Below are positions 39,403-51,599 of a stretch of DNA of 64,000 bases, in pieces. Below the pieces are notes generated by a model. It did not search any database and was not told the DNA's origin. It was given only the letters and a program-made list of their open reading frames with translations. How positions within the stretch are numbered: position 1 is the first letter of the stretch; each line of letters opens with the position of its first letter. This stretch comes from Protoeuglena noctilucae (lineage: Eukaryota), in NCBI GenBank assembly GCA_958009085.1, contig OY253669.1, forward strand, positions 1,488,001 to 1,552,000, given 5' to 3'. The position numbers and the translations under genes are program-made.

Positions 39403-41122
39403 ATGGGGACGAACGCGGGGATGAAGCTCCCCCTGGGAGCAACGGGGATCACACCGGAAGGGGAGACGCTGCGGGTGAGTCCCGGGGCGCCTCGCCTGCG
39501 CTCCGGGTGCCAAACCCGGTGCGCAGATGTAGGTCAGCCGTCCTCCTGCCGCCTGTCTGCCCCCCGGGGCCGCATTTCCCTGGGAACTCGCGCTTTGTGA
39601 CCAGAACTTCGCGTTGACGTGCTCTCGCGAATCCCGCCTTGCCCCGGCTGGCCGGCAGCGGGGCGCTCCCCGACGTTCAAAGGCCGCTCGCACCCTCCCA
39701 CTCCTTGGGCTTTTTGCGCTCAAAAATCAGCTGCGCGCACAATCAAATGTCCTTTGCGCCGATCGGTGGTACCGGTTGCCCCCCGGCTGCGCCTCGAAGT
39801 TGCCACGAGGAACGCGCTCCCCTCCTGGCCCTCGCCGTGCGCGTTTCTGCCGCCCCCCGCCCTCCCGGCCGGCCCCGAGTCCTCTTCGCGACCAGATCTT
39901 GCCGCCGCGGACGCGCTCGCTAAGATCCCGCCCCCAACGCCCCGCACGCGTCGCTGCGCAGGTCCGTGAGGTGTGGGATTACAATTTGGAGGACGAGTTC
40001 GAGATCATCAGGTGCGCAGGGAGCAGCGAATTGTGCAAATTGTCCACGCCGGCGCTTCCCGGCCCTCCCGGACGACGCGCCGCGCTCCTCTCCGCAGGAA
40101 CATCGTGGACCAGTACCCCTACGTGGCCATGGACACGGAGTTCCCCGGGGTGGTTGTCCGGAGCGTCGGGAATTTCCAGCGCGCCGGCCAGTTCCAGTAC
40201 GCGACGCTGCGCCACAACGTCAACATGCTCAAGCTGATCCAGGCACGTGGCGGGGCGGGCGCGCAGCGGGTGGGGTCGCGGCTGGAGCGGCCCGTCCTCG
40301 CCTCACGCCGCCCCCGCCCGCGCCGCCGCAGCTGGGACTGACGTTCACGGACGAGGACGGCAACCTCCCGCGCCACAACGGGGAGCTGTGCGTGTGGCAG
40401 TTCAACTTCAAGGAGTTCCGGCTGGGCGAGGACATGTACGCGCAGGAGAGCATCGACTTGCTCAAGCAGAGCGGCATCGACTTCAACGTCATGCAGCGCG
40501 GCGGGGTGGACGTGCAGCGCTTCGGGGAGCTCCTGACGTCGAGCGGGGTGGTGTTGAACGAGGCCATGCGGTGGGTCACGTTCCACTCCGGCTACGACTT
40601 TGGGTACATGATCAAGGTCCTCACGTGCGACGAGCTCCCCGACAGGCGAGGCGCACCGCGCGACGGGACACGCCGCCGGGCGCGCACCCGCCGCCGACGC
40701 CCCGCCTCCCTTCCTGTGCCCTGCAGGGAGGAGGAGTTCTTTGAGCTGATGCAGATCTACTTCCCGTGCATCTACGACATCAAATACCTCATGAAGTTCT
40801 GCGACAGCCTCCATGGCGGCCTCAGTCGGCTCGCCGAGCTCCTCAACGTCGAGCGGATCGGGCCCCAGGTGCGGAGCTGTACATAGGCAAAGCTACTTTT
40901 TCCGGAGGTCGTTCGCGGCTCGTGCGCAAAGCCCAACTGCACCGCGAGCTTTGCCTGCCCCGCGCGTGTGTGCAGCACCAGGCCGGGTCGGACTCGCTTT
41001 TGACCGGGTTCGTCTTCCACAAGCTCCTCAAGACGCACTTCAATGGCATCCAGGAGCTCGGGGACCACGCCGGTATCCTGTTCGGTCTCGGCACGGACGG
41101 CGCGGCCGACCTTTTGGAGTGA
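39403..41122 (+). CDS. CAF1: CCR4-associated factor 1 (DEDD deadenylase, CNOT7/8 family)
   Basis: ...[41 protein letters not shown]...[16 protein letters not shown]...WQFNF...[12 protein letters not shown]...[12 protein letters not shown]...[42 protein letters not shown]. The start is 39403 or 39421. Confidence 0.96.
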
Positions 41123-41370
41123 GGCGTCGCGGCGGGCGGGGAGCTCGACGGCCCCTCCTCGTTTGCGACTGCCCGGCGCTGAGAAGTGATCTCCATGGTT
41201 GCGTGAGAGGGGCGAGGCCCCTGGCAGACCCTAGCAGCAGGTGCATAGGTGCTTCCCGTTGCTGCGGCGGGGCCTGCCCGTCGTTCGAGTTTGAAACACC
41301 GCATTGTGGTTGTTCCGACAAGGCCCACGTTCATGTTTTCGCCAGAGCAAGAGCGCCTGTACAACAGCGC

Positions 41371-43849
41371 TCATTCGGTGTACCTCTCTTGGTGCACGAA
41401 ATCCTCGAACTCCAGCCGCTTCGCCAGCTGCCCCGCCACGCGCCACACCACCGCCGCCACCACCGCCCCCGCCAGCAGGCCCATGGTTGCAGGGGACCCC
41501 ACCACTGCGCCCGCCGCGGCCGCGACCGCGGACACGAACCACGACGACCCCGCAGCGCCCGACGCAGCACTCGCGGCGCTGGCAGCACCCGCGCCAGCTG
41601 CGCCCACCAGGCTCGCCGCACGCGCCAGCAGCGCCGCCACGCACACCGAGAACGCCACCTGCGCCGCCTGAGTCGCGAACCGCATCTGCCGCAGGGCCCC
41701 CGCGCACGACTTGCACAGGTGGTGGTGCGTGGCAGGCCCGTTCATGGCGGCATAGCGATCCACCGCGTCTGCGTGTGCACATACCAGAGGGTGCACATGA
41801 TGATAGGGGTAACACTGCAATGGAATACACTGCAATGCAGTCCCGCAGTGCTCCTTCGCGTCCCCCCCCTCGCCGGCATCGTTGCAGCTGCGCTGCGCTC
41901 ACCCAGCGCGTGCAGGGTGTCCCGCAGGTCGAACGGCAGCCCGCCCGCCGACGCAAACCAGCTGCGGAAAGCCTTGACCAGGAGGTCCGACTTGGTCGGC
42001 ATGTAGTTGCGAGCAGCAAAGCCCTCGAGGTAGGCCGTGAGGTCTACGCCGGCCTTGCGGATGTGGGCGGCCTCCTGGCGGTTCAAGATGATCGAGTCCG
42101 AGTTCAGCACCCTGCGTGAGGCGTCAGACGTGCTGTAGTGACCCGGTCCTTTGCTGCGCTGCACGATGCATCAGGTCGAGAGACGGACGCGGCGTGGAAC
42201 TCACAGGGCCCGCTCGAAATGGTCGAGCCACTTCGGCAAGGCTGCCTTGGCGCCGAGGACGGCCTTGGCAATCGGGCTGGCCTTCTGCAGCTTCGTGCTC
42301 GCGACGCGGAAGTGGAGGCGGCTCCAGCCAGGGCGCAGGGGCGTCATGAGGATGACGATGCCCGTGAATCCGCGCTCCTGCGACGGTGGCGCACAGGGTG
42401 AGCATCAGTGGCAGTGGCGCACGGGGTCAGCATCAGTGGCAGTGGCGCAAGGGGTGAGCGTCACTCTAGCCCCGTCACCCTTTGCCTGGCCGCATGTGCA
42501 CCGTGAGAGCCATCACCTTGTCCTCCTTGTCCACGTCCTTCTCTGAGATGAACTCATACATGATGTGCCCCGGCGCCTGCCACAGCGTCTGCACTTTCGC
42601 CCGCGTCCTCCCCTTGCCGTCCGCCGTCTGCGGCCCCAACTCAGACACCAGCATCTGACAGTCCTCCCCGAAGGTCTCCAGTCGGCGCGAGGCCGGCGGG
42701 CGGTACTTGTTCCGGTTCCCCTGGATCGTGTGGTGGGCGAAGGGCACGTGGTCGGGGTCTGCGAGGGTCGTCGAGGGCGGTGCAGACAGGGTTGCACGAG
42801 CACGATCGGCTTGAAGAGCGCTCCCCTGGCCTCGCAGTGACTCTGTCAGCGTCCTCACCAGCCAGGTTCTCCACCAGCGTGTCGAAACTGTAGGGTAAGT
42901 CGCGAGCGTAGACTTGCACCAGGTCCATGACGGCGGCCACCTGGTCCTCGGACACCCACGGGGGCAGGAACGGCAGCTCCTTCGCGTACGCCTCCACGAA
43001 CGCCTCGGGGCCCGGCTTGGCGTACACGTACACGTAGCCGTGCGCCTCCCGTACCGGGAACGTCGTGCACGACGCCCGCGGCTGCCCGCACGCCTTCTCC
43101 ATTGCCTCCGGGGAGCCACGCAGGCTCGGGATCTCGGCCGCCGAGCCGTCCGCGTTGAACGACCACCCGTGATAGGCGCAGTACAGCTGCGGGGCCAGTC
43201 GACCCACGGGCGGTCTGGGTCGTGTTGCGCATGCCGTGGGGACCTAACCCAACAAGAGTCCTCCACAATCCTGGGTGCCTGTTTGGCCCTGTCAGCGCGC
43301 CACTCTTCGATGCCCCCGCGGGGCCCCATCTCACCTGCCCCGAGCTCTCCACGCGCCCCTCGGACAGCGGCGCCAGCCGGTGCGGGCACTCGTCCAGGAA
43401 GCACCGCAGCGTCCCGCCCTCAGGATCACGCCACAGCACCAGCTTCATGCCCAGCAGATCCGTGGCGAAGGGTTTGCTCCAGTCGACCGTGGCCGCGGGC
43501 GCGACGGCCCACCAGCGAGACCACCAGTCGAACCGGGGTGCGTCATCGCTGGCAGGCTCAGTCTGGGGACGTTATGAGGCGCCAAGGCATGTGAATCGTC
43601 GGAATTGACCAACCAGACTCTCTTTCAGCGGATATCTGCGCTCACCTCGGCGGTCGGGACGGGCGTCTGTAAAACGTATCTGCGTCCCGAATCTCGGCGA
43701 CTCGTCGCAGCTAGGGACCCCCGCGAACGCAGAGATGTTCGATCTTGAATGCCACAACTGAGATATGGGCGGACCTGCCGTAGGGCGGGCACTGCCCGGG
43801 CGTGCGCGCCCACCACAAACGCAGTGGGCGTGCGTACCACGCTCGCCAT
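41371..43849 (-). CDS. Plastid Rieske [2Fe-2S] non-heme iron oxygenase of the PAO/PTC52/TIC55 family
   Basis: Transit-peptide-like start MASVVRTPTAFVV; FDWWSRWWAVA; DECPHRLAPLSEGR...|LYCAYHGWSF (Rieske CxH...CxxH); ENLA|DPDHVPFAHH (mononuclear Fe site); C-terminal HHHLCKSC followed by TM segments. Confidence 0.9.
42386..42459. repeat. Intronic 28-nt tandem repeat (about 2.6 copies)
   Basis: gtggcgcacagggtgagcatcagtggca / gtggcgcacggggtcagcatcagtggca / gtggcgcaaggggtgagc inside an intron of the Rieske gene. Confidence 0.85.
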
Positions 43850-44019
43850 GGTGCGATGCACGAATATGTGCGCCTGCAATAGGCGTACGTGCATTAGCTG
43901 GCGCTGGCAATGCTCGTTCAACAGTTTGATCCGCTGCCGCTGCCGCTGCCTGGCAAAAAGCGTGCCAGATTTTGCATTCTACCTCCGCTGTTTGAGGTCT
44001 TCACAAAGTGACCCGAGTG

Positions 44020-45230
44020 TCAGGCCGTGCTAGGCTGCCGACTTCGCTGCGCCTCCTGCCCGACGCGGCCGCCCTGCAGCGTGACGGGGCACGGAAGCCC
44101 GTACTCGGCGAACGTCGTGTAGATGCTCATCTTGACTCGGTCCAACACGTTGCTAAACGAGTCCAGAGCGGGCCTGGCAACGACCTCGAACGCCTGCGAG
44201 CGAGAGGGGCTCGGAGTTTGACGGAGGGTCACAACGATGGACGGCACCCATGGTGGTGCATGCACGGCGCTGGGCGGCACAAGAAAATCCGATCCGATGC
44301 CCCGACGCCGCACCTCTGGCGATCCCGCGCGCGCCTCGTCAAAGTAAAAGTCGATGACGTAGCGGACCTCCTCGCCGCACCGGTCGACCCACCAATCGTG
44401 GCGGTCGAAGGGCGCGGGCCCGCCCACGAGGACGCGCCACCGCGCCAGGGGCGACATGTCGTGCGGCTTGCCCATGAACCGCACCAGCTTGGGCGCCCCG
44501 CACTCCCCGCGGTGCAGGGACTCCCACACGAGCACCTGCCGCCACGTCTGCTCGTTCAGGCCGTTGTGGCTGGCCACGATCGAGTCCATGACGGCCTCGT
44601 GCACGTCCTCGCCCTTGCCCTTGCGCTTCAGCGAGTTGTAGAACATCTGAGGAGAGGGGTACAGCCAGGTGGACGACGTGCCGCCCTTGGGTATGGACGA
44701 CGCCTGCCGCTCCGTGGACAGCGGCACGCGCTGCCCGGGACACGGCTGCTGATTAGGCTCCAGCGGCATTTGGTTGGAGGGGTCCAGGCGGTCCAGGCGC
44801 TCGAGGATGGCCAGCGGATCGCGAGGCACCGGGTTGTCGGGGTCGTTGATGCGCTGCGGACGGACGGGCCGGTCGCGATTGCTCAAAAACAACCGCCGCA
44901 ATTGCTCGCACGTGATATCGATCCAGGCGCGCGCTCACACCTGCGCGTAAACGTTGTACACCGCTGCCGCCCGCGAGTTCAGCACCGGGCAGCTGGAAGG
45001 GTCGCCGGCCCCCGCGGGCGCACCATCACCTCCCTTTGCCTGCTAGAGACACGGGAAGGAGCGCGGATTCGATCAAAGAATGTCAGGGGGCGCAGCCGAG
45101 TGGCGTGGAGGCTGCGTGCGACGAGACGCACCATGCTCGCGAAGTACTCCTGCCCCCCCCGGCATGGCGGCAGCGCAGAAGACGGACTCGCGGCTCCAGC
45201 GTCGTCCTGCTTTGAGCTGGTGGCGCCCAT
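44020..45230 (-). CDS. HCCS: Holocytochrome c synthase (cytochrome c heme lyase, System III)
   Basis: MGATSS (N-myristoylation-like); WLYPSPQMFYNSLKRKGK; SHNGLNEQTWRQVLVWE; PFDRHDWWVDRCGEEVRYVIDFYFDE; ARPALDS. Confidence 0.95.
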
Positions 45231-45619
45231 CGCTACCAGCACTCGCTCGCTGTGGAATCCCCCTGGATGGCTAAGGGAGAGCGACGAATGGATGACAGGG
45301 CGCGGAAGGAATGGGGCGTTGCTTCACCAATGTCTGGATCGCTGCGCATGGTTGGGTGGACTGCTAACCCAGGCACTGGCGGGCGACTGGCGCGGGCCAG
45401 ACGACTCCAAAGCTCGCCGGGCGTTGAGCTGCACGTGAACACAAACGCGTCGTGAGAACTGCCCACGGGGCGTCATCCGCGTTCCATCCAGTGCCTCGAG
45501 GGTCGCGCAGGTCGCAGCAAAGCGCACCGTGCTCGCTTTCCACTGAGTCGCAGAAGCAGTGCGGGAAGTTTAGAGGCCGGGTCTCCCTCGCATCGAGGGA
45601 CCCGCGCGGGCTGGGCCGC

Positions 45620-47665
45620 ATGTCGGCCAGGGACGCGAGCCTGCAGCAGGCGCTGGTGGAGGCCATCCGCCATGACGTCCAGTTCAAGCTCAGGTGCGCG
45701 CGATGCCCGGCACAAAGCAGCGCTGCCGCCGCCATTTCGATCGTCTCCGTCCATCGCCGCGCCGAACCTGTCCGTGACGTGCCCCATCGCGCCGGCGTTG
45801 TCCCTGCAGGGAGCTCATCCAGGATGCGCTGAAGTTCACGCGGCACTCCAAGCGCCCGTTCTTGAGCGTCTCCGCCGTGGCGCAGGCGTTGCGGATGCGC
45901 GGCCAGGAGCCCCTGTACGGCGCGTGGGGCCCCAGGCGCACCGAGTTCATCCGGGCTTCAGGCGCCAGCGACGTGGTCGTGACCAAAGACCTTTTCACGC
46001 CCCTCAGCGTCATTGTCGAGGTGCGAATGCCTGCATCGATGTCAGAGCAACGACGGGACGCTCTCGCGCTGCAGTCTCGCGCGATGTTGCCGGCCCAGGC
46101 AGCCTAGGCTAACCCATCCTCCTGCCCGCCTGTCTGCAGAGGGGACTGCCCCCGCCGCCCGTGGAGGTGTCGTACGTTGCACACTGGCTGGCGATCGACG
46201 GGACGCAGCCCGCCATCCCGGAGAACATGCCCCTGGAGCGCGCCCCACGACCTGCGGCTGCCAAGGCCCAGCGTGCCGCACGCCCGGCTGCCCAGGCCGC
46301 GGAGCCCCAGATCGGCCCCCCGGCGCCTTCCGCAGGTCCTGGCGCCGTGGTGCACATGGGTGAGTGGCCCGTTCCCTCGGCTCGCGCGGGGCATCTCTGG
46401 GTTTGAGCAGCGCCTGGCCTCAGCTCGCGTGGGTTTGGCTACGCAATGCGGCCACACCTTTGTCCGCCACCTCAGCGCCAGCTTTCCTGCCTTGCAGTGT
46501 CCGCTGAGCTACAGCTGTACCTGGACAGGCTCGCGGACGTGCTGCGGGCCATGCGGAGCAAGACCCTGGCGGAGCAAGAGGTCTCTGTAGCAGAGACCAA
46601 GGTGGAGGTCGTGGCGGCGGCGGTGGAACGAGACCCGGGGCTGCAGCAGTTGCTGCCGGGCCTGATGCAGACGCTGGCGGGGGAGCTGCAAGAGACGAAC
46701 GGCCTGCCGGGGCACCTGGGAGCGCTCGTGCAAGTGGCCGAGGCGCTGGTGGCCAACCAGGCCCTCAACCTCACGCCCTACCTCCACCGCCTGCTCCCGG
46801 TCCTCATGAGCGTGGCCCTGGGCCGCCTGGGCCCCGCCGAGGGGGACGCCGTGCCCCTGGCCGCCCAGGACTGGCACGTGCGCGAGCGCGCAGCACAGGT
46901 CGTCGCGTCCCTCGCGTCGCGCTATGCCGCCGCGCCCTTCGACGTGCGTGGGCGCGTGCTCGCCTTCGCGGCAGGGCAGGCGTGCGCCCCGCGCGCCGAC
47001 GCCCGCACGCTGTACGGTGCCCTGGTGGTCCTCCGGGCCTTCAGTCCCGAGGGGTTCCCCAGCGCCGTCAGCCAGGCCCTTCGGGAGACGCCGTTGGTGG
47101 CGACGCTGGCGCGGTTCGTTGGCGCCGCGGAGGGCGAAGCGGGGCTGCAGGTGGAGGAGGGGGCACAGCTGCGCACGGAGGGGGGTGCGGGTGCGGGGTC
47201 TGGCAGCGGGCGCGGGGGCGCCGGGGATGCGGGCGAGGGGTCCTCGGGGGTGAGGGAGCGGGCGCTGCTCGCACGGCTGAGCAGGCTGCGGTGCGTGCGG
47301 ATGGGGGCGCACGTGCTGGGGCGCAACTTGCGGCGGAAGCTCCTCAGCTACGGAGACCTCAAGGCGCGCGGGGAGGACGTGGCAGCGCTGCAGATGCTGC
47401 GGGAGGCGCAGGTGGACGTCACTGCCATGGAGGTGAGGTTGCCGGAGCAAGTGCCGGGGCGACTGTGCCAGGGAACGGTCCAATGGTCACGCCAGTGCAC
47501 CATTTCTACGTATGTCGGCGAGACCTTTCGGCGTCAACTTTCTCGCAGGGCCGGAGTGGGCATGTGGGTGCAGGGGCTGAGGCGAGTGTGGGGCCGCTAG
47601 ACACGGGGGACCCAGCATTGCTGGCTATGCTGCCCAGCCCATACCTATGTTTCTTGCAAGTGTGA
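45620..47665 (+). CDS. TAF6: TAF6 / TAF6-like (histone fold plus HEAT repeats)
   Basis: DVQFKLR|ELIQDALKFTRHSKRPFLSVSAVAQALRMRGQEPLYG; AHWLAIDGTQPAIPEN; SAELQLYL; DPGLQQLLP; LTPYLHRLLP; DWHVRERAA. I cannot resolve TAF6 versus TAF6L by eye. Confidence 0.85.
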
Positions 47666-47682
47666 GTCAGGGCGAAAGCTAT

Positions 47683-47687
47683 TGTAA
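47683..47687 (+). promoter_or_regulatory. Putative TGTAA polyadenylation signal of the TAF6-like gene
   Basis: TGTAA 17 nt after the stop ending at 47665. Confidence 0.45.
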
Positions 47688-47787
47688 TATGCGGAGCACC
47701 GGGATCAGGAGACGGCATGCAGCGACAAGTGGTCTAATGCTAACGCTAGGCTCTCTTATGTCCAGTCGCCTGGGCGGCGCAACTCGC

Positions 47788-50700
47788 TCAGACGTTGCCC
47801 GTCAGCGTGTGAAGGAAGCCGTTGCTGGCCTCGATGTCGCCCGTCACGACCTCAGCCTTGCCTAGGAAGATCCTGCAGGCAAACGACAAGGTGTTGTGTG
47901 TGCTCACACTTAGTCGGGCACGTGCATTGGTGGCAGAGCATGCTTGCGAGAATGCTGACATGCGGCGCATCAGCTGGGGCACATGGAGCCGCGATGGGAG
48001 TCGTGCAGGTGCCAGAGAGCTCAATGGGAATGCCACAGGGGCCCCACGCCGGCACTGACCTGTCGCCCTCCTTCCGAACGGGGATGTCGCTTCCCTCGAG
48101 AGTCGTCACCGAGTCCATCTCCGCGATTTGCTTCAAGGATAGGGGCTGGCCGAGGACGAGGCTGCGTGGGGGGCCCAGCGGCGCGTCAGCAGCACAGGGC
48201 AGACAGCCACGACACACGGCCACACCAGCGACAGTGACTGCGGCCTCTGTTGGGGGGCGAGGTGCGACAGGAACGCGCTGGTGACCGCGCAAGTGGCAAG
48301 GTCGTTCAACGGCGCTTGCCTGTACATCATGTACTCGACATACTTCCTTGACGCCGTCAGCGTTGGGTCCAGGGAGGCAAACGCGGTGTTGGGCGGGACC
48401 AGCAGGGTGAAGCCCAGGTTTGCCGAGGACAGACTGGCCAAATCGGCCCGCAAGTTGGGCGTCAGGTCCAGCATCTGCAAGGCAGGGAGTTTGCTAGGCG
48501 CGTGACGCAGCTGAGGGTGCACCTCACAGATGCGGGCTCTGATGTGTGGCTGAGATTGTCTCAGGGTAGGCACGGCACCTTGAGCATGTCGGGGACGTTC
48601 TGTTGGGCGAGCAGGGCCAGCAGGGTTGGCTTCTGCGGGGGCGAGAGGAGTGAGGGGTGGCGTCGCATGAGGACCTGGCACGGGTGAGACTCCTCGTCCC
48701 TTCCGCATCTGTATCGTGTTCCCACAAAACGGGTCTCGCCTGGGCAGCGGGCGTGCTCGCAGGCGTCGAAGCGGGCTGCTGCACCGCCTGTGTCACGTTC
48801 TTGGTCGCCTGCAGTGCGTCCAGCTGCAGGGAACGCCAGAGGTCGCTGATGCGTGCGGGGCTAGGTAGCCACGGCCCAGGGCTCTCTGCATTCTGACCCA
48901 TCCATAATATGCCGGGGCAGGGTCTGCCAGTCAGAGACGCCATGTGTGGTGCCGGCACCATGCTGAGACTCTCACCTTCACGTCGATGGCCCCAGGGGCG
49001 AAGCTCCGGAAGGGTGCTCCGGCAAATGCCCGGACTTGGACGCCGCCGACGTCAATCTTGGAGACCATGGCCCTCGTGTCCGCGCTGGGCGCCTTGCTGA
49101 GGCTTGCGGGGTCGAAGTGCAGGTCGGTCTGGACGTTCCCGACCGTCGTGACTTTGCCAGAGGTCACCTTGACCGAGGAGGAGGAGGACGAGTTGGAGTC
49201 CGTGAAGAGAGGGACGATCGGTGTCTGCGAATGAAACGCTGCCGCATGTCCCAGGGCGCTGAAGGTGCCCTGGTCAGTGCAGCCATTGAGTGAAGGAGAT
49301 GAGGGTGGCAGACAGGGTGGTTGCGTTTGACGTGATCGCAACACACGAACGTCGCGCTCGCCTTGACGATGCCGGGGTCGGCTTGGTCAGGTTGTGGCCC
49401 TTGGCTGAGCATCGGGTCCCGCTTGCTGGCATGCTGCTGCGTGGCGATGTTGCGGGCCAGGACGATGAGCTTGCCGTCCTTGGCTAACGATGAGCTCTGG
49501 GGGCTCAGGTCGGCCTGGAAAGACCGGAAGCCGACCGGGATCACCACTCGCCCCACGAGCTGCGATTGGTGGAGGAGGCGTGTACGTCAGGGGGAGAGAG
49601 CACCACGAGCATACCCGTCCTGCCCTGGCATACGCTGGCATCGCACAAGAGCTTGCTGATTCGCAAGTGCCGAAGTGTACTCCACAGTTCCAGCCGTGGC
49701 CCTGTTTGCATACCTGCTGCCAGAATGCAGCGAGGCCCTCGAGAGCGTGGGCCCTTTGGGCCGCCTCGGGGTCGCTGTCCTGGACCACCCCCTGCGCCAA
49801 TGCACTCTTGAGCTGCTCCACGGTGGTGGTGGTCGTGGCAGTGGCGGTGGCGTCAGATGAAGCCGAAGAGCGCGTCGCAGCAAAGACCTGCAGCACACAG
49901 TCTCTTCAGGGTGCCCAGCGGCCCAGACGCCATACAGCAAGGGGCTCGTAGCCCGAAATGTGATGAAAGCATGGTTGAAACCGAGAGTTGCTGACTCACC
50001 TGGTCGAGGTGCGTGACATAGTTCTCAGGGCTGAAGGGCAGGCCGCTCGGGGACGACCCCGTCGAGGGAGGCGAAGGAGAAGGGGCCGGGCTGGAGGGGG
50101 CAGGGGAGTCCGAAGAGCCCAATGACCCAGATGGGGCGCTGCTGCTAGTGCTGCTGCTGCTATTACCGCCGCCGTTGCTGCTGCTGCTGCCGCCGCCAGC
50201 AGAGAACTGAATGCCCGTATCGTAGTCCCCCGCCCCGCTGCCCCACTGAAGCACGTTGCTGGCCACCACCTCTTGCCCGTCCTCGGATTGGAACTTGAAG
50301 CTGCGGGAAGGACACGCGCTTGCAAGCTGGCACAGCTGGCACAGCCCGGTCCGGCAGGCTGCCGGCATGCGTGTGCCACGGAGCCGCACCTCAGCGGGGG
50401 CTTCGGCGTCCACCCCGCCTCCCAGGTTGCTCCCCACGAGTTGTTGAGCGTCGACCAGTCCGAGTCAGCGCCCTTGACGGAGACCTGCTTGACCGTGCCG
50501 AGCCCTGCGACGTTCGCGACCTGTAACCTGCACAGCACGTTTAGTGGGGATGAGGGGCGGCATGAGGTCTGGCACGTGTGAACCTCATCCACTTTGGCGC
50601 CCTGTGACGCGCAGGCAGCCACCTGATCCAGCCCATGCCGCTGTAGTTGTCCAGGTGCACGATGATGTTGCCGGGGGGCGTGCACTCGACGCGGCGGTAC

Positions 50701-51599
50701 TGGATGGCGATGCGGCCCTTGGATGGATCGCCGATCTTCTCAAAAACACGGGCCTGCAAGTCGATATGGTCCGCTGCACGGAGGAGAGCTGATGGGTCCA
50801 ACCCATGTGCCAACCTGTCTGCAAGGGCCAGGCCTAGCCCGCCTCCTGCCTGCCGCCTCGCTTACCTCCGCACTCCGGGCATTTGTCCGTTATTTGGATC
50901 GTGACGGTCCTCTGGCTCGGGTCCGAATTGCAGTGACCCTGGTATGGGTACTTGTCTTGGCATGTGATCTGGTGTGAGCAGCACGTGGGCACAAGATGAG
51001 CTGGCTGGATTCGATTCGCGCCTGCTCTTGCAAGATCCCATGCTTACACGCGTGCCATGGGTGACCTACCAGCGGGACCCGTCCACATCACAAGCGCCTA
51101 GTGCTGCTGCTGCCGGAGGGGACTCGCCTCGAAGCACGCCCCGCAGCCCTCGGTGGCGAGTGACTTGAAGTTCATGTTCGACGTCGCAAGCGCACCCACG
51201 GACCAGTACGGCCAGTCGCTCTTCTTGATGTACCCAAACCCGCAGCTCCCATCTGCCGTGCCATAGCTGGGCGAGTCCGGGTTCATGTGATCTGGGAGAG
51301 GGAACCGAGGACATTCATTCGCATGCTCGGAGGTGCAGCCGGCGCCTGCCGACGCGCTCGCGCCGTCAGAGTGTGCATGCACTCAGGGTGCAGGGCGCAG
51401 GGTGCAGGGTAGTGTGAGGCGCTTGCAAGGACAGCTACCGCGCAAACCGGCGCTGACGCGAGCAGGGACAGTACTATCAATCACCGGGAGCCCCGCCATA
51501 AAACGTGGCGATCCCGTCGCGCCAGTCCGTGAGGGCCTGCGCAGCCCACGCAGTGCTGGAGAGCGCGGCGGCCAGCGCAAGGGCGCCGAGGACGCGCAT
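47788..51599 (-). CDS. Secreted expansin-like protein fused through a Ser/Pro linker and an unrecognised domain to a C-terminal fasciclin (FAS1) domain
   Basis: Signal peptide MRVLGALALAAALSSTAWA; WRDGIATFYGG; GSCGFG; GCGACFE|ITC; ITDKCPEC; HIDL; IQYRRVEC; VANVAGLG; NSWGATWE; YDTGIQF (complete expansin). Then an S/P linker, a middle region, and KPTLLALL...FTLLVPPNTAFASL...VTTLEG...DIEASNGFLH (FAS1 H1/H2). Splice phases join with no stop, using GC donors at 51127, 49361, 48739 and 48319. Confidence 0.8.
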
